Of a DNA stretch of 64,000 nt, positions 18,656-29,150 are shown piece by piece. The stretch lies in assembly GCA_045106055.1 (NCBI GenBank), contig JBGCED010000025.1, positions 1,835-65,834 on the forward strand. The letters are read 5' to 3'. Numbering within the stretch: position 1 is the stretch's first letter; the number at the start of each line of letters is the position of its first letter. The notes beneath the pieces were generated by a model that saw only the letters and a program-made list of their open reading frames with translations, was not told the origin of the DNA and searched no databases. The DNA comes from Alphaproteobacteria bacterium. Its GTDB lineage: Bacteria > Pseudomonadota > Alphaproteobacteria > CBDDJK01. The translations under genes were made by a program, and so were the position numbers.

Positions 18656-19618
18656 TTACCCGCAATCTGGGGCGCAAATTAATGTTGGGTTAAGTGCGGG
18701 GCTTGGCGGGTCGCTTTTTATGTTTGATTTTGCCTTTTTAGGGGCGGTTTTTTGTGTCGCCACAGGCGCAATCGGGCGCATGATCATACGATCTTCCAGC
18801 CGTAAGTCAATTTGATCAAAATGGGTTAAATCAAGGCGGCTATTTTCGATTAATTCAATGAATTGGGTTAATTTTTTGCCTGGCCTATCCGCAGGCAATT
18901 TTAAGCGCAATCCTTGGTTGAAATGCAGCATCCAATAGCGCTCGCGCATCAAGGTTGCCGCTTGAAATTGATCCCGCAAATAGGGGCTTAGCTGGTCAAG
19001 CAACGGATAAACCTCGTCTGCGCGCACATTCGCACTTTGACCAATAACCAAAGGCAAATCTGAGAAGCCTTGGCTTGGCTGCCTGATAAAGGCAACCCCA
19101 TCTGGGTCAACTAGAAAAAATTGGCGTTGATGTTGCCAGATGGCATAGGGCTGACGCTCTTGGATGGTGATGTGTAATTTATTCGGCCATTGCCGCTTGA
19201 TGCTTGCCTGTTTAATCCAATCAATTTGCAGCAATTCCTGTTTTGTATGTTCAAGGTCAATCCAGAATAAGGGGGTGCCATTGGTAAGGGTAATCGCTTC
19301 CATAATTTTATGTTTCTGCGTGTGCTTGCGCCCATCAAGTGCCAGCTGTTCCAAGCCAAATCCTGTTTTCATGGCATGGGTTTCAATTATTTGATTTAGC
19401 ATGGCAGGGGTCAAACCTGACAAATTGGCAATCGGCCAGAATCCAAACCATAATATAAAACCCAAAATACCAAGCCCGCCAACCCCGCTTAATTTTTTGT
19501 GTTTTAACAGAAAATTCCAAGATTGAACCAGCAATATTTTTGTGTCGCTTGGCGGCTTTTTCTTTTGTTTCGTTCGAGATATCCGCGCGCTTTTTTTTAT
19601 TCTTCTTTTTGTCGTCAT
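18656..19618 (-). CDS. ftsQ: cell division protein FtsQ
   Basis: Basic cytoplasmic N-terminus, a single TM, then POTRA/FtsQ periplasmic domains; its position between ddl and ftsA supports the call. Confidence 0.75.
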   Translation of the reverse strand: MTTKRRIKKSARISRTKQKKKPPSDTKILLVQSWNFLLKHKKLSGVGGLGILGFILWFGFWPIANLSGLTPAMLNQIIETHAMKTGFGLEQLALDGRKHTQKHKIMEAITLTNGTPLFWIDLEHTKQELLQIDWIKQASIKRQWPNKLHITIQERQPYAIWQHQRQFFLVDPDGVAFIRQPSQGFSDLPLVIGQSANVRADEVYPLLDQLSPYLRDQFQAATLMRERYWMLHFNQGLRLKLPADRPGKKLTQFIELIENSRLDLTHFDQIDLRLEDRMIMRPIAPVATQKTAPKKAKSNIKSDPPSPALNPTLICAPDCG

Positions 19619-20586
19619 TTCAAGGCATCCTTGATGATCCAGTCAATCAGCTGATCAAAGCTGATGCCTTTGCTGGCGGCTTGTTCAGGGGCAAGGCTAA
19701 GCGCGGTCATGCCTGGCTGTGTGTTGATTTCCAAAATAACAAGCCGCGCAGGCGCGTCTTTAATATTTGTGTCATCATAGCGAAAATCAGTGCGGGTAAG
19801 CCCCTTGCAATCAAGCGCAAAATGCGCGGTTTCTGCCATCACCATGCAGCGTTCATAAAGCGCATCATCAATCTTTGCAGGGCAAATATGCTGGGTTGCC
19901 CCTTGGCTATATTTTGCATCAAAATCATAAAATCCTTGATTGGGGATAAGTTCGGTAACCGCAAGCGCCTTTCCGCCCAAGACCGCAACCGTAAATTCAC
20001 GCCCCGCAATATATTCTTCAACCAAAAATTCTTGATTGCCATATTGCTCTAGGTCAGGCATATCATCTTGGGTTTTAACAACCCATACCCCAACCGATGA
20101 TCCTTCATTAAGCGCTTTAATCACAAAAGGGAAGGGCAGCGGTGGGTGGCTGTTAATTCGCGCCGCCGTTTCAATGCGCCCCGCCGCAATCGGCAGCCCA
20201 AGGGATTGCAGGATTTGCCGCGTCACATGCTTATTCATTGCCATTGCGGATGATAATAGCCCAGAATGGGTGATGGGAAGCCCAAGCAATCCGCATAGCG
20301 CTTGCACATGCCCATCTTCGCCAAACGGACCATGCAGCCCATTAAATACCAGCTGGCATTGCCCATCAAAGGCATTTTTAAGCGCATTGCAAAAATCGGC
20401 AGCATCACGCGGCGGGTCAATCACAATGACTTGATGCCCAAGCGCAAGCAAGGCTTGGTGAATGGCAGCCCCTGTTTCCAAAGAAACGGATCGCTCCGCA
20501 GACCATCCGCCTTGCAGCAAGATAATTTTTAAAGCAAGCATCTTATCCATGGCATGCCCCCTTTGGCGCGATTTGATGGCGGCCAA
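19615..20586 (-). CDS. ddl: D-alanine--D-alanine ligase
   Basis: ATP-grasp fold (…LHGPFGEDG…, …EEYIAGREFTVAVL…), 4-nt overlap with ftsQ. Confidence 0.88.
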   Translation of the reverse strand: MAAIKSRQRGHAMDKMLALKIILLQGGWSAERSVSLETGAAIHQALLALGHQVIVIDPPRDAADFCNALKNAFDGQCQLVFNGLHGPFGEDGHVQALCGLLGLPITHSGLLSSAMAMNKHVTRQILQSLGLPIAAGRIETAARINSHPPLPFPFVIKALNEGSSVGVWVVKTQDDMPDLEQYGNQEFLVEEYIAGREFTVAVLGGKALAVTELIPNQGFYDFDAKYSQGATQHICPAKIDDALYERCMVMAETAHFALDCKGLTRTDFRYDDTNIKDAPARLVILEINTQPGMTALSLAPEQAASKGISFDQLIDWIIKDALK

Positions 20587-21484
20587 TGCGGATCAATTCC
20601 CATTCAAGGATAATTCCAGTGCATTGCCTTACTTGATCAATGGCATATTCGCCAAGCATTTCCAAATCTCTTGCGCTGGCATTTCCCAGATTAATTAAGA
20701 AATTACAATGCAAGGGCGATATTTGTGCATCATTTCGGCGATAACCGCGCAGCCCCGCTGCATCAATCAGTCGCCATGCCTTATGCCCTGCGGGGTTTTT
20801 AAAGGTTGAACCGCCTGTTCTTGCCTTGGTTGGTTGGGTTGCTTTGCGCTGTCTTGCAATTTCATCCATCTTGTGTTTGATCATGTCGCTGCGCGCCGAT
20901 AAATCGCCAATCAGGGTCATGCTGGTCACAATGAAACCAGATGGCAGCCCGCCATTGCGATACCCCATGGGCAGGTCCGAACATAAATAGCGTGCTTTTG
21001 ATCCATCTGGCAAAACCCCTTCAATATCATGGGCGATGTCCCGAAATTCACTGCCATAAGCCCCCGCATTCATCGCGGCAATCCCGCCCATTGCCCCTGG
21101 AATGCCGCTTAGAAATTCCAAGCCGCCGACACAATGCTGCTGGGCAAAACGGGCAAGCTGTATTGCAAGCGTCCCCGCGCCAACTTTTATTTTATCATCT
21201 GTTATGATCATGTCATTAAAGCCTGCACCCAGCTTGATTACAGTTCCTGCGATGCCGCCATCGCGGATTAAGATGTTTGATGCCGCCCCCAGCAAGGTAA
21301 CAGGCATTGCGGCTGGCTTGCTATGCAAGAATTCAGCCAATTCCAAAGCATTTGCAGGGCGAAACAGAAAATCAGCATTGCCGCCCACCCGCAGCCAGCT
21401 ATATTTGGCAAGCGGAATATCAGCCTCCATCCGCCCCAAAGGCGGGGAATAGGGAATGTTGATGGTCAAAGATGATTGCGTCAT
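20543..21484 (-). CDS. murB: UDP-N-acetylenolpyruvoylglucosamine reductase
   Basis: FAD-binding MurB fold (…GGNADFLF…, …GGLEFLSGIPG…). Confidence 0.85.
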   Translation of the reverse strand: MTQSSLTINIPYSPPLGRMEADIPLAKYSWLRVGGNADFLFRPANALELAEFLHSKPAAMPVTLLGAASNILIRDGGIAGTVIKLGAGFNDMIITDDKIKVGAGTLAIQLARFAQQHCVGGLEFLSGIPGAMGGIAAMNAGAYGSEFRDIAHDIEGVLPDGSKARYLCSDLPMGYRNGGLPSGFIVTSMTLIGDLSARSDMIKHKMDEIARQRKATQPTKARTGGSTFKNPAGHKAWRLIDAAGLRGYRRNDAQISPLHCNFLINLGNASARDLEMLGEYAIDQVRQCTGIILEWELIRIGRHQIAPKGACHG

Positions 21485-21488
21485 TTGA

Positions 21489-22940
21489 TTATTCTTTTAA
21501 GCGATCTGGAAAATCATTTGCCCATTTGGTAATGGATCCTGCACCCAAAAAGATCACCATATCCTGATCATTAAGGGCGGGCCTGATTAAGGAGGGAAGC
21601 GTTTGTTCATCTTCAAAAACATGCACGGAAACATGCCCATTCTCACGCAGTTTTTGAGCAAATATCGTGCTGCTAACCCCTTGAATTGGGGATTCGCCCG
21701 CAGCATAAACAGGGGCAATATAAACATGATCCGCATCATTCAAGCAATTCATAAATTCAGGCATAAGATCATTAAGTCTGCTATAGCGATGGGGCTGGAT
21801 GATGGCATGGATTTTTCCCGTGGTTAGGCTGCGCGCCGTATCAAGGACAGCTGCAATTTCGGTTGGATGATGCCCATAATCATCAATGATTTTAACGCCA
21901 TCAACCTCGCCAACTAAGGTGAAGCGGCGTTTTACGCCTTTGAAATGATGAAGCCCTGCTTTGATTTGGGCAAGCGGAATGCCGATCCCATAGCCCACCG
22001 CTATTGTTGACAGCGCATTTAACACATTATGTTTTCCTGCGATTGGCATTGTAATCCCAGACAAGGTAAGATCAAGCCCAATCATCTGATCCTTAATTTG
22101 AACATCAAAATGCTGGATTTGATCTTTGATCGATAGGTTAATGCCGCGAATCATTGAATCGGAATCAAGCCCATAAGACAGGATGCGGCGATCCTTAATC
22201 TCATTAAAAATGGCTTTAACCGTGGGATCATCGCAGCATAACACGCCAAACCCATAAAAGGGAATTTGTTCAATAAATTGCTTAAAGCCAGCAATTAAAT
22301 TTTCAAAACTTCCATAATAATCCAAATGTTCAGGATCAATATTGGTAATAACCGCAATGTCGGATGGCAATTTTAAAAAGCTGCCATCTGATTCATCGGC
22401 TTCTGCAACCAGCCAATCGCCGCTGCCAAGCAGTGCGTTGCTGCCGATGGCGTTGATGATCCCGCCATTAATGATGGTGGGTTCAAAACCCGCGCTGACC
22501 AATATTTGTGCCATCATCGATGTTGTGGTGGTTTTGCCATGGCTGCCCGCAATCGCGATGGAGCGTTTGAAACGCATTAATTCTGCTAGCATTTCAGCGC
22601 GCCTTACCACGGGAATATGGTGCTTGCGCGCTTCCACCAATTCGGCATTATCATGGCGAATCGCGCTGGAAGTTACAACGACCGCCGCCCCAAGGATATT
22701 TTGTGCGTGATGCCCATCAAAGATGCGGACGCCAAGCTGGCGCAAGCGCTGTGTATTTGGATTGCTTGCCTGATCGGAGCCTGATATTTCATAACCTAAA
22801 TTATGCAATAATTCAGCAATGCCTGACATGCCAATCCCGCCAATGCCGATAAAATGGATGCGCCCGAAATGAAGCGGGATTTTATGTGCGTGATGGATTG
22901 ATTTGTTGGGCATGGATATTTCCTTAGATGCTATGATCAT
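21489..22940 (-). CDS. murC: UDP-N-acetylmuramate--L-alanine ligase
   Basis: HFIGIGGIGMSGIAELL N-terminus and the Mur ligase GSHGKTTTT P-loop. Confidence 0.9.
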   Translation of the reverse strand: MIIASKEISMPNKSIHHAHKIPLHFGRIHFIGIGGIGMSGIAELLHNLGYEISGSDQASNPNTQRLRQLGVRIFDGHHAQNILGAAVVVTSSAIRHDNAELVEARKHHIPVVRRAEMLAELMRFKRSIAIAGSHGKTTTTSMMAQILVSAGFEPTIINGGIINAIGSNALLGSGDWLVAEADESDGSFLKLPSDIAVITNIDPEHLDYYGSFENLIAGFKQFIEQIPFYGFGVLCCDDPTVKAIFNEIKDRRILSYGLDSDSMIRGINLSIKDQIQHFDVQIKDQMIGLDLTLSGITMPIAGKHNVLNALSTIAVGYGIGIPLAQIKAGLHHFKGVKRRFTLVGEVDGVKIIDDYGHHPTEIAAVLDTARSLTTGKIHAIIQPHRYSRLNDLMPEFMNCLNDADHVYIAPVYAAGESPIQGVSSTIFAQKLRENGHVSVHVFEDEQTLPSLIRPALNDQDMVIFLGAGSITKWANDFPDRLKE

Positions 22941-24069
22941 TCATATTATTACCAGAAGATAAAATGACGCTTTTTGCCATTGCTGCTAGTTTTAGCGCGG
23001 CATCAGGCATTGCATGCTTGCGCACCGCCTTTGCGGCAAGCGGTAAAATTTCTTCTGAATCAATGAAATTTTGAAGCCTTGCTGCCAACCATTCAGGGGT
23101 GAAATCTTGCTGGGGGATCATCCAGCCCCCTGCAATCTCGCTTATTCTAACGGCATTTGCGGTTTGATGATCATCGGTTGCAAAAGGATAGGGAACCAGG
23201 ATTGCAGGCTTTCCTGCAAGCGTTAATTCGGCAATGGTTGATGCCCCCGCGCGGGCAATTACCAAATGCGCCTGTTCCAGCCGTTTTGGCATATCATCAA
23301 AAAAGCCTTTCACTTCAAAATCAAGATTTAAAGCTTGATAGGCAGCAGATAGGGTTTCAATATCTTCCAGCCTTGCTTGCTGCACCAGCCTTAACATTGA
23401 ACGGCTGTCATCGGTTAGCAAAGTCAAGGCATCGGGCAGAATTTTTGTATAGATCGAAGCCCCCTGGCTGCCGCCCGTGATTAAAATGGAAAGCTTTTGC
23501 CCTTTTTGGGGCAGCTGATAGGATGAATGGGTTAAAGCGGTAATGGCTTGGCGGACGGGATTTCCAACCCATTGTGATTTTATTCTTTGGGCGGCGCTTA
23601 ATTTATCGGTTCTGGTAAAGCTTAGCGCCAGTGCCTGCGCCCCGCTTGCAACCAAGCGATTTGCCCGCCCAAGCACGGCATTTTGTTCATGGATAATATA
23701 AGGGACGCGCCATAATTTTGCCGCCAAGATCGTGGGGATGCTGGAATAACCGCCAAAGCCGATAACCAAATTAGGGCGATCGCGTGCCATTGCAAATACC
23801 GCTTGCATGCTGCCAAGCCCCAGTAAAATGGCGGCCTTTATTTTTGTAAACAGCCCCTTTCCCGTGATTCCCGCACTTAAAAAACGCCTTGTTTGCAAGG
23901 ATGCAAGCAAACCATCATTTGGAATGGGGCGATGATCCGTATAAAGCTTCATAACCATTCCCATCTTTTGTAAATGGGCGCAAACTGCTTCTGCGGGATA
24001 TAAATGCCTGCCCGTTCCGCCCGTTGCAAGAATGATTAAACAGGGTTCTTTGGTTGTTTTTCTGGGCAT
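22924..24069 (-). CDS. murG: undecaprenyldiphospho-muramoylpentapeptide beta-N-acetylglucosaminyltransferase
   Basis: GT28 fold (ILATGGTGRHLYPA…, …ITGGSQGA…). Confidence 0.88.
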   Translation of the reverse strand: MPRKTTKEPCLIILATGGTGRHLYPAEAVCAHLQKMGMVMKLYTDHRPIPNDGLLASLQTRRFLSAGITGKGLFTKIKAAILLGLGSMQAVFAMARDRPNLVIGFGGYSSIPTILAAKLWRVPYIIHEQNAVLGRANRLVASGAQALALSFTRTDKLSAAQRIKSQWVGNPVRQAITALTHSSYQLPQKGQKLSILITGGSQGASIYTKILPDALTLLTDDSRSMLRLVQQARLEDIETLSAAYQALNLDFEVKGFFDDMPKRLEQAHLVIARAGASTIAELTLAGKPAILVPYPFATDDHQTANAVRISEIAGGWMIPQQDFTPEWLAARLQNFIDSEEILPLAAKAVRKHAMPDAALKLAAMAKSVILSSGNNMNDHSI

Positions 24070-24072
24070 GGG

Positions 24073-25185
24073 CTATTGCTCTTTCCTGGTTAACGCCAAA
24101 ATCATGCCAAGGGTCACCCCTGTTGCAAGCACTGAACTGCCGCCAAATGATAAAAAAGGAAAAGTCATGCCCTTTGGGGGGATTATGCTAAGCGCGGTTG
24201 CCATATTAATAACAGATTGCAGGCAAAATTGGGTAATTAAGCCCATGCTTGCCAGCTGAGCAAATATGTCATTCAATTTAAGGGTCTTATAAAAGGCACG
24301 AAAGATCAGCCCCGCCAAAGCGATCATCAAGATCGTGCAGGCAACCAGCCCAAACTCTTCGCCAATCACGGCAAAAATATAATCATTATGCCCGTCTGGG
24401 ATGCTGTTTTTATACGCCCCCTCGCCAGGGCCTGTTCCAAATAGCCCGCCAGAGGCAAAAGCGCGCTGGGCTGTATAGCTTTGGGTGACAACACTGGAAT
24501 GGTCAACAAACAGAAATCCATCAATGCGATTTTTAAAATAACTAACATTGTGATAGGCTCTAAACACAGCGAAAAAGCCCAATAGCGCAAATAAAATCAT
24601 GGATTTCAGCCCCCAGCCCCCAAGAAATAAAATGACAACAAAGATGCTGGTTAAAATAAAAGTTTGCCCAAAATCAGGCTGGGTAACAACCGTGATTGCA
24701 ACCAGCCCATAAATTATAAAAGCAATTGTAAAACTTGGAAGCTCTTTTTCCTTGAATCTTGAACTGATTACCCATGCAATGATAATGGCAAAGCTTGGTT
24801 TTAAAATTTCAGTTGGCTGAAAGGTAAGCCCAAATAATCCAAGCCACCGCTGTGCGCCTTTGACTTCCACCCCAATCAGATGGGTTAATACAACCATGGT
24901 AAAGGCAAGTCCAAATAACAAAATGCCAAATCGCCTGATTTGATCTTTTGATAGAAAAGACAAAATAATCATAATGGTAATCGCCCCAATGAGCATTGTA
25001 ACTTGCTTAATAAGCATAAGAAGCGGGCTTTTATCATTCGAAAAATCCAAGGTCGCACTTATTGTAAAGGCAAGCCAAATGCCCGTCAGCGCCAATAATA
25101 AACAGCCGACCAAAGCAACACGATCCACCGTCAACCACCATTTGCCAAGAATCGAATTATCATTTCTGGAGATGATGTTAAACAT
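24073..25185 (-). CDS. ftsW: peptidoglycan glycosyltransferase FtsW (SEDS family)
   Basis: A 10-TM SEDS protein sitting between murD and murG. Confidence 0.85.
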   Translation of the reverse strand: MFNIISRNDNSILGKWWLTVDRVALVGCLLLALTGIWLAFTISATLDFSNDKSPLLMLIKQVTMLIGAITIMIILSFLSKDQIRRFGILLFGLAFTMVVLTHLIGVEVKGAQRWLGLFGLTFQPTEILKPSFAIIIAWVISSRFKEKELPSFTIAFIIYGLVAITVVTQPDFGQTFILTSIFVVILFLGGWGLKSMILFALLGFFAVFRAYHNVSYFKNRIDGFLFVDHSSVVTQSYTAQRAFASGGLFGTGPGEGAYKNSIPDGHNDYIFAVIGEEFGLVACTILMIALAGLIFRAFYKTLKLNDIFAQLASMGLITQFCLQSVINMATALSIIPPKGMTFPFLSFGGSSVLATGVTLGMILALTRKEQ

Positions 25186-26564
25186 CAGCTTTGATCCTTT
25201 GAATCTTCGGCTAGATCAGGTCTTGCCGCCGCGATTACCTTTAGTTTTTCAATAAAATCACGCCCGCGATGTTCAAAATCTTCGTAAGCATCAAAGGATG
25301 CACAAGCGGGGGATAATAAAATTACAGGATGATCGCCATTATCGGTAAATGCCGCGTGCCATGCTTGCTCTATGGCATCGCTTAGCGATATGGCATGATG
25401 GGTTTCAATGCGGCGATTGATGAAAGCATCAAGTTCATGTGCAGCATCGCCAATTAAAAAAACTTGTTTGATATTTTCAAAATGGGGGGTAAGCACATCA
25501 TACGCACCTTGCTTTGACAATCCGCCCGCGATCCAAAAAATATCATCAAAACAGGCAAGCGCCTTTGCCGCAGATTCTGGGTTGGTTGCCTTGGAATCAT
25601 TATAAAAGCGTATTTTTCCATAATGCGCGACTTTTTGCAAACGATGATCAAGCCCGCGAAAGCCTTGAATGCCTTGTATGATCTGGGCTTGATTCATGCC
25701 CAAATGCGCGCAGATAAAATAACAGGCTTTGATATTTTGTTGATTATGATCCCCTGGTAAATATTCAAGCTGGCCAAGCGTTTTTTGAGCGGCAGCGGGC
25801 AGGGTTTCTTCAGCTAGCCCTTTAAGCTGATAAGGCGTGCTGGCAACCGCTTTGCTGTTAAATATTTTTTGTGTTAAAGCATCATCATTGCCCAGCAAGG
25901 CAAGCCCATCAGGCAGCATTAAATCAAGCAATTTTGCTTTTGCGGCTGCGTAATTATCTAGGCTTTTGTGATAATCCAAATGATCGGGCGTGATGTTTAA
26001 AATCACCCCCGCCGCCAGCTTAAGGTCTTTGATCGTTTCCAGCTGATAGGATGATAATTCCAAAACATAAACCCCGCCTTGTGCAAGTGGCGGTAAATTT
26101 AAGGCAGCAACCCCCAAATTTCCGCCCGCTGCAACTGCAAACCCCGCCATTGACAGGCAATGGGCAATCAGCGCGGTCGTTGTGGATTTTCCATTGGTGC
26201 CAGTAATGCCAATAAAATGGCATTGCGGGTTTGCCAAATATAATAAATCAATATCGCTTAATCGCGGAATGTTAAGCCGCTGCGCTTCCTTAATTAGCGG
26301 GTGATCTTGCGGGATGCCAGGGGATAGAATAAGCGCGCTTGCCGTTTGAAGCTGCGCAAAATCACGGCTTGCATGGTGAAACTCTATTTGCTGCTGATCG
26401 GGCTTTAAGTGCTGCTGCGCCCGCGCCAAACCTGCTTCATAATCGTCAAAGGCAAGAATGTCTGCGCCGCCAGCCAGCAGCGCATGAATGGCAGCAATCC
26501 CCGTGCGTCCAAGCCCCAATATGGCGACTGTATTTCCATTAAAGCTGTTTATTTTCTGTTGCAT
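25185..26564 (-). CDS. murD: UDP-N-acetylmuramoylalanine--D-glutamate ligase
   Basis: Mur ligase P-loop GTNGKSTTT and N-terminal Rossmann fold VAILGLGRTG. Confidence 0.9.
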   Translation of the reverse strand: MQQKINSFNGNTVAILGLGRTGIAAIHALLAGGADILAFDDYEAGLARAQQHLKPDQQQIEFHHASRDFAQLQTASALILSPGIPQDHPLIKEAQRLNIPRLSDIDLLYLANPQCHFIGITGTNGKSTTTALIAHCLSMAGFAVAAGGNLGVAALNLPPLAQGGVYVLELSSYQLETIKDLKLAAGVILNITPDHLDYHKSLDNYAAAKAKLLDLMLPDGLALLGNDDALTQKIFNSKAVASTPYQLKGLAEETLPAAAQKTLGQLEYLPGDHNQQNIKACYFICAHLGMNQAQIIQGIQGFRGLDHRLQKVAHYGKIRFYNDSKATNPESAAKALACFDDIFWIAGGLSKQGAYDVLTPHFENIKQVFLIGDAAHELDAFINRRIETHHAISLSDAIEQAWHAAFTDNGDHPVILLSPACASFDAYEDFEHRGRDFIEKLKVIAAARPDLAEDSKDQS

Positions 26565-26574
26565 AAGCCTATAT

Positions 26575-27660
26575 CTAGCGCAATTTTAAGGTTGCAAGTC
26601 CGATCATTGCCAGAATAAGTGCAATGATCCAAAAGCGGATGACGATGGTTGGTTCTGACCAGCCCTTTTTTTCAAAATGATGATGAAGCGGTGCCATCCT
26701 AAAGACGCGCTTTCCTGTAAGCTTAAAGGATGCAACTTGAATGATGACCGATACCGCTTCCAGCACGAACAGTCCGCCAATAATGGCAAGCACAATCTCG
26801 TGCTTGGTGACCATCGCGATTGCCCCAAGCGCGCCGCCAAGCGCAAGCGATCCTGTATCGCCCATAAAAACTTGAGCGGGCGGGGCATTAAACCATAAAA
26901 ATCCAAGCCCGCCACCAATCATCGCCCCGCAAATGATCGCAAGCTCGCCCGCGCCATCCACATAAAATAATTGCAGATAATTGGCGTAAATCGCGTTCCC
27001 CACCAGATAAGAGATAAAGCCAAAACACCCCGCAGCAATCATCACAGGACCAATCGCCAGCCCATCCAAGCCATCGGTTAAATTGACCGCATTGGATGAT
27101 CCAATCAGCACCACCATCAAAAACGGGATATAGAAATATCCAAAATTTAAAGTAAATTCTTTCAAGAAAGGCACAGAAAGATGGCTGTCAATCATGTCGG
27201 GGGCGGTGGCTTGATATAGAATGATTGCCATGATGCTAATCACGCTTTGGGCAAGCAATTTATAGCGCCCTTTTAGCCCTTTGGAATTTTTCTTGGTGAT
27301 TTTCAAATAATCATCGGCGAACCCAATCAGCCCAAAGCCAAAAGTCACCAAACACACAACCCAAATATAAATATCGGTTAAATCTGCCCATAATAAAACA
27401 GAAATGCCCATTGCAAGCAAGATTAACATCCCGCCCATGCTTGGTGTGCCGTGCTTTGCAAGATGCGTTTCTGGTGTATCCTCGCGAATATTGCTGTTGC
27501 CAGCTTGTTTGGCGCGCAACCACCCAATCAGCTTTGGCCCAAGATAGAAGCTTAACAGAATCGCGGTTAATATTGCCCCGCCAGTTCGGAAGGTCAAATA
27601 GCGAAACAGGTTAAAGCCTGACCAAATGTCACTTAATTCGGGTTGAAGCAGAAAAAACAT
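26575..27660 (-). CDS. mraY: phospho-N-acetylmuramoyl-pentapeptide transferase
   Basis: …[13 protein letters not shown]… and …HHHFE… signature motifs; 361 aa. Confidence 0.92.
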   Translation of the reverse strand: MFFLLQPELSDIWSGFNLFRYLTFRTGGAILTAILLSFYLGPKLIGWLRAKQAGNSNIREDTPETHLAKHGTPSMGGMLILLAMGISVLLWADLTDIYIWVVCLVTFGFGLIGFADDYLKITKKNSKGLKGRYKLLAQSVISIMAIILYQATAPDMIDSHLSVPFLKEFTLNFGYFYIPFLMVVLIGSSNAVNLTDGLDGLAIGPVMIAAGCFGFISYLVGNAIYANYLQLFYVDGAGELAIICGAMIGGGLGFLWFNAPPAQVFMGDTGSLALGGALGAIAMVTKHEIVLAIIGGLFVLEAVSVIIQVASFKLTGKRVFRMAPLHHHFEKKGWSEPTIVIRFWIIALILAMIGLATLKLR

Positions 27661-29150
27661 CAGGATGTTTCCTTTGGGGCTTGTGTAAATTCATCAATCA
27701 AATGGCTTAATTTTGCCGAATTTGATCCCTTGACCAAGATAAAATCATGCGGCTTAACAAGGGATTTTATATCGTATAGCAGCGCATTAACATCTTTGAA
27801 AAACAGGCATTTGCTGCGGTGATCCAAGGAATAATTGGAAGCACCCTGATTGAAATCACCTTGATATGAATCATTTAACATCTGCATATTTTTATTGCTT
27901 ATTATGTCCTTGCCCACCAGCCATATCTGATCCAGAATCATTCCAGTTAATGCAGCAGCAATGCTTGTATAATGATCTTGTGCCATGCCGCCCAATTCGG
28001 CAAAATCCCCAAGAATGACGATTTTACGCCCCTTATGGGCAACAGCATCAAAATGTTTCAGCGCAGCTTTTACTGCAATTGGACTTGCATTATATGATTC
28101 ATCAATCAATGTAACGGGGAAATCATAGCGATTGGATATTATTTTATTGCCGCGTCCTTTTGGAATTTCAAAAGCGCGCAGCGCATCAAGCCCTGTTTGC
28201 ACCGATAATCCCAGCGCATCAAGCACAGGCGCAACCGATGATAGGGTAATGGCAAGCCCATCGCTGATGGCCGCTATGTTTAGCGTGTAATCATTGCTTT
28301 TATGATGAATATTGGCGGTAAGCTGATCTGGATTGGATGCGATATGATCAAGGTGAAAATCCGCCTGCGGGTGCTTGCCAAAGCTGGTAAGGGCGCAATT
28401 TTGATGTTGCGTTTTTTTAAAAATCAAAGGGTAATAAGGGGATTCGCGAAGTGCGATCAAATGTCCCTTTGGGCTAAGCCCATCGGCGATTTCAAGCTTT
28501 GCCAGCGCAATATCTTGGGGATGATCAAAATTTTCACTATGGGCAGAGGCAATATTGGTGATCAGCGCAATGTCTGGGCGCGCAAGATGTGATAGGAAAT
28601 GAATCTCGCCCGCGTGATTCATGCCCATCTCAAAAATGCCATATTCTGTTTCAAGCTTCATGCGCGCTAGGGATAGCGGCATCCCAATATGATTGTTTAA
28701 ATTGCCCTTTGTGGCGTGAACCGCCCCAAATTTAGCAAGCGCAAGTGCAAGCGCGCTTGTTGCCCCTGTTTTGCCGACCGATCCTGTAATGCCAATGATT
28801 TTTGCTGCGGATTGATTGCGGCGATGGCGTGCAAGGTCTTGCAATGCTTCCAAGCAATCTTGGACTTTAATCAAAGGGATAGCAGCGTTGATATGCGCAA
28901 GATCAATTGTTTCGGCGCGCCTTTGATCGATCAGCACGCAAGCTGCGCCCTTATCAATCGCAGCCTTTATATGATCATGCCCATCATGGTTATCCCCGAT
29001 TAAGGGAATAAATAAATCACCTTTGGCAAGGGTTCTGGTGTCAATCGAAATGCCCATGATTGGCTGCATAGGCTTATCTGAAATCGGATGATATAATGCG
29101 CCCTTTACCGCATCAATAATATCCGCTATTTTCCATAATTCTGCCATCAT
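27660..29150 (-). CDS. murF: UDP-N-acetylmuramoyl-tripeptide--D-alanyl-D-alanine ligase
   Basis: Mur ligase P-loop [10 protein letters not shown]; its position between murE and mraY supports the call. Confidence 0.85.
   Translation of the reverse strand: MMAELWKIADIIDAVKGALYHPISDKPMQPIMGISIDTRTLAKGDLFIPLIGDNHDGHDHIKAAIDKGAACVLIDQRRAETIDLAHINAAIPLIKVQDCLEALQDLARHRRNQSAAKIIGITGSVGKTGATSALALALAKFGAVHATKGNLNNHIGMPLSLARMKLETEYGIFEMGMNHAGEIHFLSHLARPDIALITNIASAHSENFDHPQDIALAKLEIADGLSPKGHLIALRESPYYPLIFKKTQHQNCALTSFGKHPQADFHLDHIASNPDQLTANIHHKSNDYTLNIAAISDGLAITLSSVAPVLDALGLSVQTGLDALRAFEIPKGRGNKIISNRYDFPVTLIDESYNASPIAVKAALKHFDAVAHKGRKIVILGDFAELGGMAQDHYTSIAAALTGMILDQIWLVGKDIISNKNMQMLNDSYQGDFNQGASNYSLDHRSKCLFFKDVNALLYDIKSLVKPHDFILVKGSNSAKLSHLIDEFTQAPKETS

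Noticed and set aside
19540-20052. 170-aa plus-strand ORF spanning the ftsQ/ddl junction
   Set aside because: It is antisense to two well-supported division genes and has low-complexity, Phe-rich composition, so it is a shadow ORF.
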